From contig CM022677.1 of NCBI GenBank assembly GCA_012295275.1, forward strand, positions 5,146,001 to 5,210,000: a DNA stretch of 64,000 nt, in the 5' to 3' direction. The translations under genes were made by a program, and so were the position numbers. The stretch's first letter is position 1; each line of letters begins with the position of its first letter. This DNA comes from Chrysomallon squamiferum (taxonomy: Eukaryota; Animalia; Mollusca). Of this stretch, positions 27,975 through 40,761 are shown piece by piece. The notes beneath the pieces were generated by a model, which saw only the letters and a list, made by a program, of their open reading frames with translations, did no database searches and was not told where the DNA came from.

Positions 27975-29915
27975 GTGAGAGTGTGTGTATCAGCAATAGA
28001 GATAATTGCTCTGATAATAGTCTGTTTGTGTGTTTGTGAGTGTATCAGCAATGGTGAAAATTGCTATGCTGATCTCTGTGTGTGTGTGTGTGTGTGTGTC
28101 AGCAATAGTGAAAATTGGTATTCTGACAATAGTGTGTGTCTGTGAGTGAGTGTGAGCAATAATGATAACTGCTATTCTGATAATAGTATATGTATGTGTG
28201 TGTGTATCTGTAGAAGGGTGTGTGTATATCTGCAATAGTGATAACTGCTACTTTGATAATAGTGTATGTGTATCAGCAATAGAGATAATAGTGTGTGTGT
28301 ATCAACAATAGAGATAATAGTGTGTGTGTATCAGCAATAGAGATAATAGTGTATGTGTATCAGCAATAGAGATAATAGTGTGTGTGTATCAGCAATAGAG
28401 ATAATAGTGTGTGTGTATCAGCAATAGAGATAATAGTGTATGTGTATCAGCAATAGAGATAATAGTGTGTGTGTATCAGCAATAGAGATAATAGTGTGTG
28501 TGTATCAGCAATAGAGATAATAGTGTATGTGTATCAGCAATAGAGATAATAGTGTATGTGTATCAGCAATAGAGATAATTTCTTCTCTGATAATAATATG
28601 TGTGTATGTCTATGTTTATGTGCGTGTATCAGCAATAGTGATAACTGCTTCTGTGATAATAGTATGAGTGTGTATGTGTTTGTGAGTGTATCAGGAATAG
28701 TCAAAACTGCTACTCTGATAATATGTGTATGTGTGTGTGTGTGTGTGTGTTTGAGTGTATCAGCAATACTGATAATTTATACTCTGATTATAGTATCTGT
28801 GTGCCTGTGTGTTTGTCAGCAATATTTATAATTGCTACTCTGACAATATTATGTGACTGTGAGTGTGTGTGAGAGAGTATCAGCAATAGTGATAACTACT
28901 AGTGAGATAGCAGTATGTGTGTGATTGTGTTTGTATCAGCAATAGTGATAATTGCTACTCTGATAATAGTATATGTCTGTGAGTGTGTGTGTCTATCTGA
29001 TAAAAGTGTGTGTGTGTGTGTGTATATTTAAGTGTTTCAGCAATAGTGATAATTACTGCCCTGATAATAGTGTTTGTGTCTATTAGCAATAGTGATAATT
29101 GCTGCTTTGAAAATAGTGTGTATGTGTGAGTGTATCAGTAATAGTGATAATAATGTATGTGTGTTAGTGTATTAGCAGTAGAGATAATTGCTTCTCTGAT
29201 AATAGTCTGTCTGTGTGTATGAGCAATAGTGAGAACTGCTACCCTGATAACAGTATGTGTGTGTGTGTAAGTTTGAGTGTATCAGCAATAGTGATAACTA
29301 TTTCTTTGATAATAATATTGTAATTATTGTGTGTGTGATTATGAGCGTATCAGCTATAGTGATAATTATGTGTTTGAGTGTATGAGCAATAGTGATAACT
29401 GCTACTCTGATATCGGTATGTATCTGTCTGTCAGCAATATTGATGATTGCTACTCTGATAATAGTATGTGCATTTGTCTTTGTGAGTTTAACAGCAATAG
29501 TGACAACTGCTACACTGATAATAGTCTGTGTGCGTGTGAATGTTTGAGTGTATCCACAATAGTGATAACTGCTACTCTGATAATAGAGTGTGTTGTGTAT
29601 GTATGTGTATATAAGCAAAACTGATAACTGCTACTCTGATAATAGTATATGTGTGTTTGTGTTTGAGTGTATCAGCAATACTGATAATTTAAACTCTGAA
29701 AATGGTGTGTGTATGTGTGTATCTGGTAATAAATAGTATGTATGTGTGTGTGCATGTGTGTTTGTGTGTTTATATCAGCAATAGTGATAAATGCTACTCT
29801 GATAATAGTATGTGTGTGTGAGTGTATCAGTAATAGTGATAATTGCTTCTCTGATAATAGTATGTGTGGGTGTGTATGTTTGTGTCAGGAATAATGATCA
29901 CTGCTACTCTGATAA

Positions 29916-29958
<43 letters not shown>
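27975..29958. repeat. Compound minisatellite (tcagcaatagtgataactgctactctgataatag + (TG)n) with homogeneous 29-bp core array at ~28262-28580
   Basis: Direct reading; gtatcagcaatagagataatagtgtgtgt with period 29. Confidence 0.92.
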
Positions 29959-29959
<1 letters not shown>

Positions 29960-29982
29960 ATTTGTGAAATTAAATGTTTGAA

Positions 29983-30450
29983 AGATGCTTATGGATATAT
30001 CGTTGGTTTGAATGCAGCATGACAGGAAGAAGAAGGAAATAGCTGAGAGGAATTGAAGTCTGCAGTTTTGTGAAAACAAGCTGATGCTGGTAAAAACACT
30101 TCATCTGCTGTGCTACCAAACAAAATCACTTGATAGATGACAGCGATTGCTCTGCATGATGGTGGCAAAGACAACAGACAGGAAGTTGAGCAGCGGGTGA
30201 TGTCTGAGCTTGCCGCTCTGAGAATGAAGCTGGATGAAGATAAAGAAAAGAGAGAAGAAAACAGAGGCTGTAGCTGCAGCAGAACAAGATGGTACACGGG
30301 AAGGCAGCATTCATGATGTCTCACCATATTGACAGTCATGTACCTCATTCAGAGTGAATCAATGCACTCAGGTCCCTATCCCCTACTTCAGCATCACAAA
30401 AATCCAGTGCATTTTCCAGAGAATGTATACAAGAGACTATTGATAATGTG
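29983..30450 (+). pseudogene. Degenerate coding-like segment, helical/coiled-coil; possibly part of the LRR pseudogene
   Basis: Higher GC; frame reads ...QEVEQRVMSELAALRMKLDEDKEKREENR with nearby stops. Confidence 0.35.
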
Positions 30451-32946
30451 AATTAACAGTCTGGAGTCAAGTAATTAATGAAAATATAATATAATAAGGA
30501 ATAATTATTAAGACAAGTCATGAAATGACACAGCAGTTATAAAAATAACAGGTCACACTTTGATTTTCTGTATCTTTTTACTTTTTTTATTTAATTTATG
30601 TATTTAATTTATTAATTAATTAATTAATTTATTTATTTATAAATATAAAAAGGAGTAATAATTAATAACTAGAGAATTCTACAAATAAAATTGAGGACAA
30701 ATATAATGTGTGTTGTTAAAGGAGATGAGACTCAGTTGTACAGTGACAATGACTTTATTCTCATAAACTGTAGATGACAGTACAGAGAAGAATGTATTAC
30801 AGACATATAATAACAAAACTAAAATAGAAGTTTAACATGGAGGTCATACTCTCTCCATTATAGTTCTTATTAACAAACATAGCTTTTTTTAATACAAATA
30901 TATTTTTGCTGTTAAACAATTTATTACATGAAATTATATTTGGATGTCTCATATATTTATCTTGTATACCTTTTCTAAGCCTTAGAATGTTTTTGACTTA
31001 TGCAGCACTAGGATTTTGTTGTCTGGCCTTTTCCAGACACACTACACACCTACTGTTTGATGTTGCATGGGGAGGCTCTTTCCAACTCATGAGGTCTGTA
31101 ATCTTGGAGGTGTTTTTCTGTGTACAGATTCACTTTCATTGGTAATAGATGGTGATAATTGCCTACAAGTTGATGGCAGAGTTTTTCAACAAACACATGG
31201 AATGTAAACATTCTTTGCCTGTGTTGATTATGCATCTGATAATGCCACACAATTACATATGCATTATTCGCAGCCCATGTAAAACAATTCATAATAAAAT
31301 GACGTGGCCAGTTCTAATGACGTCTGCCCTGATGCAGCTTGATAAGTTGTCCATTTTGGTGCATTGTAACTTTGGACAGCTTTTGGACATCCCGCAGGAA
31401 GACTTCTTTTCTGTTTACTATCATATCTTTGAATATGTACTGGTGGGGTGGGGCTATAAATGCAGAAGTTAATGGGCTTTTTGTCACACCAAACAATTGC
31501 TGCTACAGTTCCATTGAACAATAGTTCAAACTGCGCCCTTCTGATTTAAGTTTTTGATTTGTTCAGGGGTTTTTTGGAAAAAGTTTGCGATTTGTAAGTG
31601 CAGTGTCCACTAGGCAGATTCCTCTCTTTTCCAGCAAAATTTCACACAAATATACACTAGTGTAGAGTCTGTCTGTAAACACACAGTAATGCTAGTCACA
31701 AAACAGTTCCAACATACAAACAACAAGGTTTCCAGTCAAATCAAAAATTTCAATGTTTTCAGCATCCTTCCTGCGACCTGTATATACTTCTACATTTGAA
31801 ATGTAGCCATTCTCACTGTCACAAACTAGGAAGGTTTTGATGTCCCACTTTTCGGTTTTTGTTTGATTACACTGTTTTATAGAGAGGGAATTTTATATCG
31901 GAATCATTCCCTCGTCAAGTGACAGATTGCAGCCTGAATTTTTCCAACAAGTGACTGAACATTAGCCTTGATTTGTAAATCTCATCAGATTTGTCTAATT
32001 CTGGGTCTAACTCATGTACACTATGTAGCATAGACCATATTGCTAAAAATCTGTCTCTTCTAAAAATCTGTGAAAATGCAGGTGTGATGGTCATGTTCCT
32101 TATCTCACCAAAATTGTTCAAAGTAATTCTTGTGAATAAGCATTTCCATGGCTACTCGACAGCAAAAAAATGCTTTTATCTCTGTTAGTGAACTAAACGA
32201 TTTTAGATACTATTGTGAGGGGTTTTGCTTCTCTGATATGTTCTGCCTGCTATCAGTTTTAACAACAAACAGCTGCCACAAATCAACATTCCAGAATAAC
32301 GTCAAACTGTCAGCAGGCTGCTCTCATTATTGAGTGAATCTGGAATATTTAGGATTGAACTGTTTTTCACGATACCCTCTCATTCATCCACTGACCTGAG
32401 GCTGAGGATTCCGTCGATCACGTCCTCTACCGCGGCTGCATCCTCAACCACAGCCACACCTCCTTACAGGTTGTAAAACATCACCACCTGGGCTGTGATT
32501 ATCAGCAGAATCACTTTCACCTTCATTTGCATTCATGTTTTTATTATTTGTATCTTTGACAAGATCATCGTCACTCTCTTCACTTTCAAAATCACTATTA
32601 TTTCCACATTCCAACGCTTCATCCTCATCCTCAGAATCTGACATTATCATTTGTAATGTCTGCTTGGTTGTCACTTTCTTACTGCTCATGTTTATGGCAA
32701 AAAAATACTCCAAAAACTGCATTTATTTGCAAAAACATTATCAAAGCTTCCTGCCAGAAGTAGGGCTGAGAATACGAGCAGGTATATATGCTACAGTTAG
32801 TGTGTCCAGTTGTTTGGCCTGATGACTAAAGGGTATTTCTTGGGTGTTTACTAATAACTAAACTATGTTTCATCTGTATTGAATAATCAAATACATGTAA
32901 CAACAAATTTACCAGTATAATGCATTGGTGACACATAATGCATACT

Positions 32947-33950
32947 TCATTTATTTAAACAATTTACACTGTTGTGACATCTGCTATTACACAAAACATT
33001 ATTTTTGAAACAAGCACATCTCTTACTCCGACATCTTTTAGGTCCATTACAAGTGCACTTGACAAAACCCTGACAACCGTGTTGAGACTCCTTTTTGTTG
33101 GCTTGATGAAGTGACACACTCTTAATGTCAGATTCACTCAGGAGTCTCTGAGGACATAAATCAAACTGGTGTCGACTATATTTCTGTTTTAGAATACCAG
33201 AAGGGCAACCAGTGGTATATTGTATGTTTTCTTCAGCTAATACAAGAATATTTCTGGGATCACCACATCCCCTGTCAACAGACGGAATGGGCACAGCTAC
33301 TTTATCACAACAGCACCATCATTCATAATCACACAACTCTGCTTAACTGCTTGGCTTGTTTCTGTTGTGCAGCTATTGCAAGCTTTCTTTTCTTGTCTAT
33401 GCTGCTCAGTGGTTGAGTTGTGTCTGGTAGAGGTAGAGTTATTTCAGGTAGAGGTTGAGTTGTTTCTGGTAGAGGTTGAGTTGTTTCTGATAGAGGTTGA
33501 GTTTTTTCTGGTAGAGGTTGAGTCGTTTCTGATAGAGGTTGAGTTGTTTCAGATACAGGTTGTTCTTTCTGATAGAGGTTGAGTTTTTCTGATAGAGGTT
33601 GAGTTTTTTCTGATAGAGGTTGAGTTTTTTCTGGTAGAGGTTGAGTCGTTTCTGATAGAGGTTGAGTTGTTTCTGATAGAGGTTGAGTCCTTTCTGGTAG
33701 AAGTTGAGTTGTTTCTGGTAGAGGTTGAGTCGTTTCTGATAGAGGTTGAGTTGTTTCTGGTAGAGGTTGAGTTGTTTCTGGTAGGTGTTCTCTGGATAAC
33801 ATCATGTGGTAACAACGAGGAAGTCAAACCAATCCTGGTTTTGATGCCAAATAAGGTTGTATAAGGTGACTGTTTTATTCCAGCATTGAAACTCAAGTTC
33901 TTGCAAAACCGAACAAATTTAACACCAACAGTCCCATCAGAGCTATCAAA
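32947..33950 (-). mobile_element. C-terminal fragment of a Ginger2/TDD-type (KRBA2/SCAND3-like) integrase transposase
   Basis: VGVKFVRFCKNLSFNAGIKQSPYTTLFG...GLTSSLLP; VAVPIPSVDRGCGDPRNIL; YSRHQFDLC; Cys-rich tail QGFVKCTC...CRSKRCACFKNNVLCNSRCHNSVNCLNK. Confidence 0.85.
33410..33786 (-). repeat. 21-bp minisatellite (~18 copies) inside the transposase linker, encoding (P/S)ETTQPL
   Basis: ctg(g/a)tagaggttgagttgttt repeated. Confidence 0.93.
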
Positions 33951-34273
33951 GCAGTGTAATCTTAGTGTTGCTTTAAGGACACAAGCTGATTAGCACAAAA
34001 CAAAGACAACTAAGTTCAAAGCAGATGTAAAATAAACAGTTGTAAGAACTGTTCACAAAACAAAAACAAAATATGAAAAGAACAAACAAAAAATATATTT
34101 TTTTTACAATACTTGACATATTGACTGAATTCAAAATTCCTTATCAGGCAGTCTGTCAAACTGAGGGCACTCATTTTCAGTCATCTGGCCAAATGACTGG
34201 TTTGACACATTGACTGTAACACATATACTATATGCTCAGGCTGGAAAAGTGCCCTGCAGGTTCAAAGGGTTAA

Positions 34274-36460
34274 TATATTTAACAAGTTCAAGTTCAAATA
34301 CATCATCAGTGATTAAACCACTATATTCATTTTCTTCCATAATAATAAAATCATTATCATCAGCTGTTGAATTCACCAGTAAGACAGATCATGTTGAACA
34401 ATATTCTTTTGAATAACAAGAATTCTCTGGTGGAATATATACAATACCCTTTAAAATATTATCATCTGTGTGTAAAACCCTGCCTTCTGTGCCCAGCCAC
34501 ATAATACATTTACACTGTGATTCAGTAATACTTAGTGGTGGTTTAAGAAATGGAGTATCTCTGAGCTTACTTACCAAACCTCTGTTGTCTTGTTTCTGTT
34601 GACTGAGTTGTTATGTTTGTGTTGTGTGATCTCTGTTGTCTTGTTTCTGTTGACTGAGTTGTTATGTTTGTGTTGTATGATCTCTGTTGTCTTGTTTCTG
34701 AGTTGTTATGTTTGTGTTGTGTGATCTCTGTTGTCTTGTTTCTGTTGACTGAGTTGTTATGTTTGTGTTGTGATGTCTGTTGTCTTGTTTCTGTTGATTG
34801 AGTTGTTATGTTTGTGTTGTGTGATCTCTGTTGTCTTGCTTCTGTTGGCTGAGTTGTTATGTTTGTGTTGTGATCTCTGTTGTCTTGTTTCTGTTGACTG
34901 AGTTGTTATGTTTGTATTGTGATCTCTGTTGTCTTGTTTCTGTTGACTGAGTTGTTATGTTTGTGTTGTGATGTCTGTTGTCTTGTTTCTGTTGACTGAG
35001 TTGTTATGTTTGTATTGTGATCTCTGTTGTCTTGTTTCTGTTGACTGAGTTGTTATGTTTGTATTGTGATCTCTTTTGTCTTGTTTCTGTTGACTGAGTT
35101 GTTATGTTTGTGTTGTGATGTCTGTTGTCTTGTTTCTGTTGATTGAGTTGTTATGTTTGTGTTGTGTGATCTCTGTTGTCTTGCTTCTGTTGGCTGAGTT
35201 GTTATGTTTGTGTTGTGATCTCTGTTGTCTTGTTTCTGTTGACTGAGTTGTTATGTTTGTGTTGTGTGATCTCTGTTGTCTTGTTTCTGAGTTGTTATGT
35301 TTGTGTTGTGTGATCTCTGTTGACTGAGTTTGTTATGTTTGTGTTGTGTGATCTCTGTTGTCTTGTTTCTGTTGACTGAGTTGTTATGTTTGTGTTGTGT
35401 GATCTCTGTTGTCTTGTTTCTGTTGACTGAGTTGTTATGTTTGTGTTGTGTGATCTCTGTTGTCTTGTTTCTGTTGACTGAGTTGTTATGTTTGTGTTGT
35501 GTGATCTCTGTTGTCTTGTTTCTGTTGACTGAGTTGTTATGTTTGTGTTGTGTGATCTCTGTTGTCTTGTTTCTGTTGACTGAGTTGTTATGTTTGTGTT
35601 GTGTGATCTCTGTTGTCTTGTTTCTGTTGGCTGAGTTGTTATGTTTGTGTTGTGTGATCTCTGTAGTCTTGTTTCTGTTGACTGAGTTGTTATGTTTGTA
35701 TTGTGATCTCTGTTGTCTTGTTTCTGTTGACTGAGTTGTTATGTTTGTATTGTGATCTCTGTTGTCTTGTTTCTGTTGACTGAGTTGTTATGTTTGTGTT
35801 GTGATCTCTGTTGTCTTGTTTCTGTTGACTGAGTTGTTATGTTTGTGTTGTGTGATTTCTGTTGGCTGAGTTGTTATGTTTGTGTTGTGATCTCTGTTGT
35901 CTTGTTTCTGTTGGCAGAGTTGTTATGTTTGTGATGTGTGATCTCTGTTGTCTTGTTTCTGTTGACTGAGTTGTTATGTTTGTGTTGTGTGATCTCTGTT
36001 GTCTTGTTTCTGTTGGCTGAGTTGTTATGTTTGTGTTACTGGCTTCTGGCCTGACCTCTCCCAGTGTAAACAGCCTGACCTCGATATACAGTTTATCACC
36101 ATTTATAGCTATTGAACTACCTCCCCAGTCAATTTGCTCTGTGAAAGTCAATATTATTTTCTACTTTCATTTCATTTTTTTATAAACATTTTCAACTCCT
36201 CATCTGTGTCTTTCTCTGGTATCCCACTAAAGATTAAACTGTCACGTATGAAGTGAGTTTGTAGATCATTGTGTTTTTATCTTGAGATTCTAAACTCAGT
36301 TTTTAATTCACATGTTTGTTGTTTCATATTATTATTATTATCTCATTTCACGAGCAGAATTGGTGTTGACAGATAAAATGGTTCAGATGAACATCTCGTT
36401 ATTCTGTGTATTTGACATCCTTGTAATAGCGACTTCTTGACCAGCTTGGCTACTGCTTAT
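34274..36460 (-). mobile_element. Degenerate LINE (CR1/L2-like): ORF1 fragment and ORF2 endonuclease fragment
   Basis: ORF1-type IRDSLIFSGIPEKD...IDFHRAN*LGR and GDKLYIE (36250-36080); EN-type GIVYIPPENSCYS (34450-34410). Confidence 0.7.
34579..36037. repeat. 51/49-bp minisatellite, ~29 copies
   Basis: tctctgttgtcttgtttctgttgactgagttgttatgtttgtgttgtgtga repeated. Confidence 0.96.
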
Positions 36461-37156
36461 TTTATCACATGTATGTGTATTGTTGGCTTTGTTTTATATA
36501 CATTTTAACATATACATAAAGGATTCATTATTGTAACTATTAGCTGAATGCATAGGATGATTGTGGTTTATTTATTCATTAGTGGCAAAAAATTAATTAT
36601 ATTAAAGTGGCAGGAAAAATGTTACAATTAAATATTTTAATAATCAAATAATTTATTATAAATGATGTAACTATAATGATTGTTTAAGGTTAATTAAAGA
36701 TTGTAAGAATAATCTCAAATGTATTTTCATCATGTTAGTATTTGAAGCAGAATCAGTATTAGAAGACCATTTTCTTACTGACTAATGTAATGCTATATAG
36801 GTTTAAAATGTTTATTTAATTAATATTCCTGGCAGTCATCGTAAACTGAACTAAAAGACTAAAACAGTGTAAATATAAAAAATGTGCAAGTTAATAGAAT
36901 TATTCAAATATACTGAAGTATTGCTCTTTTAATCATTTTATATCAAAGTTAAAAAATAATATTAAACTGATTGAAATTAAGAATATAAAAACGCTTAATA
37001 AATTATTTTTATTATTAAAATTGGATGGAAAAATAAAAATGTGGACTAAAATTGTTCTTGCTAAGACAGTGAAATACAGTTAGAGCAGACAACAAAAATA
37101 CTACTTGCACTTTATTTTATGTTTAGTTTATTAATGAATATTATATTTTGTTGTAG

Positions 37157-37303
37157 GATCCTAGACAACAGATTCAAGCTGCCCTAGCCAGCACTTCAGT
37201 TGAAAATGTTGTAAGACACATTTTCAGAAAAGGTTCACTAAAGCACCACAATGCTTTTACATCACAGTCTTCCCTGTCCAGAGAATGCCATCTTTGTAAA
37301 TAA
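37157..37303 (+). pseudogene. Possible terminal exon of the + strand pseudogene
   Basis: Acceptor ttgttgtag| then open DPRQQIQAALASTSVENVVRHIFRKG...CHLCK*. Confidence 0.35.
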
Positions 37304-37479
37304 GCTAAAATGAATATGATATTGCATAGCGGTGTTAATTTTCATTATCATCTAATTATTTGAAGCACTGAAATTAGAATATATTTAAAATTTTGTAATT
37401 AGGAGTCATTAGAATTTTTTATAAAAAAAAATTAATAAAACCACAAAAAACATTTGCAAAAAAACAACAAAACATTTCT

Positions 37480-38480
37480 TTTATCTTTTTTTAGAAATCA
37501 TTATTATTTGAAATCAAGGGCTTGCTGTGGGTAATCTTGTAAATATAATTGAAGAGTATGTAATTAAGGGTAATTTAATTTTTTTATAAAAATAAAGAAT
37601 AAGAAAAAGAAAATGATTTTGTTTTCTTTATATTATTTAAATCAGGGGAAAATCAAGGGTTTGCTGGGGTACTCAATGTAAATATAATTGAAGATTGTGT
37701 TATTAGGGTTAATTAGAATTTTTATAAAAAATAAAAAGCATTTGTTTTTTTACTGTTATTTAAATCACAGGATTTTCAAGGGTTTGCTGAGGTAATCAGT
37801 CTAAATATTTTTTTGAAATTATGTAACTGGGGGTAATCAAACTTTTTCAAAAGAAAAAACTAAACATTTGTTTCTTTACATTATTTAAATCAGGAAAATC
37901 AAGGGTTTGCTGGGGGTAATTTGGTAAATATAATTGAAGAAAATATAATTAGGGGTAAAGTGAATTTTTTATTAAAACAAAGAAAAAGAAAAGAATTTTG
38001 TTTTCTTTATATTATTTAAATAACAGGGATTTCAAGGGTTTGCTGGGGATAATCATTGTCTAAATATTTTTTAAATGATGTAATTAGGGATAATTATAAT
38101 TTTTACATTTCTTTACATTATTTAAATCAGAGGAAAATCAAGAGTTTGTTGTGTAATCAGTGTAAATATATTTAATATTATGTAATCACTGTGTATGTAT
38201 TTCTAAAATTGTGTAATTAAGGGTAAAAAGAAAGAAAAAGAAATCTAGAATTTGTTTTTTCTTTATATTATTTAAATCGTGGGAAGTCAAGGGTTTGTTA
38301 GGGGTAATTAATGTATAATTGAATATTATGTAATTAGGGATAATTATAAAAATTTGTTTGTTAAAAACAATTTTTAATTTCTTTGTAGTATTTAAATCGG
38401 GGCTAAATCAAGGGTTTGTTGGTGGTAATTAATGTTAATATAATTTAAGCTTTACTAATTAGAGGTGATTAGAAATTTTT
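37480..38480. repeat. AT-rich satellite, 8 units of ~105-150 bp
   Basis: ttatttaaatc....aatcaagggtttg.tgggggtaat cores at ~37514, 37652, 37777, 37899, 38032, 38138, 38287, 38408. Confidence 0.88.
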
Positions 38481-39417
38481 TGATAGAAAATAATAAACAA
38501 TATATTTCTAATGAAAATTGTTAAGTAAATTATAATTTGGCTTTTCCATTTTAGAAAGAATAATAGAACAATTTCAATAAGGAATCTTTAAAACCAGGAA
38601 ATAATAATTTTAAAATGATACAAAATAAAATAAAATAAGAGAAAAAAAAATGTACATAAATGAAATTTTTCCAAGTATTTTATAATTTGCCTTTTACGTT
38701 CTGGAAAAATTAAAAAAATTAGTGCAAAAATGTACAAATGGAAATGTCTTCCAATGTTTATAATCTGTATTTTCTCTTTAATTTAATTAAACAAAACTAG
38801 GAAGAAAAAAAAAAGAAAACAGAAGAAAATAATATTAATCTCTTTAAAAAATGAAGTACAAACTGGTATTTAATGTTTCCAAGCTGAATCAAAATTAAAG
38901 CTGGTTTGTTTGTTCAAAAATCTAGTACCTCCTGTTTTGTTATAGTGTAATTGGGAGACATCACTAGCAGTTGCCCTGCACAAGTTATCATCTGGAGAAA
39001 GAAACTTGTTTACTTAAGCAACAGTAGCAGGGGTCCTAATACAGACTTAAGGCAATCTGGTAAAAAAGTTCAGAAATGCATATGACAACAAAATAATTCA
39101 AATAGTCCCTTACTATCTTTGCTTTTAAGAATTATAATAAATATGTCTCCAGCTTTCAGATTCAAATTTTCATTGTTTATTCTAAGAGATATTGTAAAAT
39201 TAGGCAGATTCAGTACTTTAAATACTTTTAGCAATGCTTTGAGTTTTTGCTTAACAATAAAATATAGCCAGGTTGTGTTACTTAAAATTAGAAATGTTAA
39301 GGAACATTCAAATAATTTTTAAAAATATAAGAAAAAATAAAGCATAGTCTTTGTATGTTTTTATTTTTATTATGTATATATTGATCAACGTCTTCTGTAC
39401 TTATAATCTGTATTTAT

Positions 39418-39491
<74 letters not shown>

Positions 39492-40187
39492 ACACTCAGT
39501 CTTTTTTGTATATTTACAAACACGTTAAAGTTATTTACCTTTAGTAAAAACAATGAATTTTCATACAACGTGTACAAATTTATTTCAAAAATGTGCATTT
39601 TAAGACAAAACTAAAGACCACTTTTCTAACAATGCATTCCAATTATAAATTACTGTGACATATGCCTTAAAGATTTTGTACTATGAACCCATTTCACTTT
39701 TATTTGATAATATAACAGGCTGTCACAATAATGCCATAATCAAGCAAATTAATTTTTAATTCTTTAAATTTTATTATTATTATTTCTTTAAAATAAAAAT
39801 TACTGCAAATCTATTTTAAAAAAGACTTGGTTTTAATAGTGCTAAAATTATTGTTTAATCTGATTAATTTCAGCTATCTACAAATGTCTTTTAATGTTAA
39901 TAACAATTCAAAATCAATAATATAAGAATAAATTATTAAAAAATCCAGTTAATAATTCTGTTTTTTATCTCTATTTTTATATCATTTTTCTTGTGTTTTT
40001 TTGAAAAGACAACAACCATCAAATAACATTGAACTTGTATTTATTTATACATAAACAAGGACACTGTCTTTCACATGCAGCAGTTATTAACTCTTTCTCA
40101 CAGAACATGTATTTACCAACTCATCCTTTCACATTCACATCTGTCTCTCTATGTTTGCATCTATTTCTCCTACCATGCCCTCTGAAA

Positions 40188-40237
<50 letters not shown>

Positions 40238-40717
40238 ACAAATTTCTACTAATTTTATTTTGAAATTTTAATTTTTACGTTATCAGATATTGCACTAAAT
40301 AAGACTAAAAATACACAGATTATGAAATAACATTATATGCTGTTTCACATTCTACAAACACAAACACAAGTAAATATATAAACTGAAATAACAATAAAAG
40401 AGGAAAAATAAAGTAGATGATAAACAAATAGAAACATTTTAAGAAAGAAAGAATAAATAAATAAATAAATAAATAAAGTATGTTACGTGTAAATAGTATA
40501 TTAAAATATGGATTCCTACCATCAGTGTGTGGCCTAAGGTCAGGGGGTAAATGTGTCACAAGCTGTATTCACAGCACGCCAAAAATAACTGCTCCAAAGA
40601 CGACGCTACAAAGAAACCCAGTTCTTCGTTACTTTCCAATTTTAGTTTTCTTGGATATGTGTATTTTTATATTTTTATTTATTTATTTATTTATTATTAC
40701 TGTTGTTTTTTATGTTG

Positions 40718-40761
<44 letters not shown>

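Larger units (their letters stand above)
30832..34273 (-). mobile_element. Degenerate piggyBac (PGBD4-like) transposon; transposase ~32689-30930
   Basis: Acidic N-terminus MSSKK...SDSEDEDE; RRDRFLAIWSMLH; LSLDEGMIP; KWDIKTFLVCDSENGYISNVEVYTG; FTDRLYTS; WAANNAYVI; terminal TTAA-CCCTTT at 34273-34264. The left boundary is a guess. Confidence 0.88.

Noticed and set aside
35330-35734. 134-aa ORF of LCLCCVISVVLFLLTEL repeats
   Set aside because: By-product of the 51-bp minisatellite
25984-36037. CRISPR-like appearance of the tandem arrays
   Set aside because: No unique spacers, no cas genes, eukaryotic context
38890-39090. Minus-strand SDVSQLHYNKTG, reminiscent of a LINE ORF1 esterase
   Set aside because: Single weak motif; not enough to call
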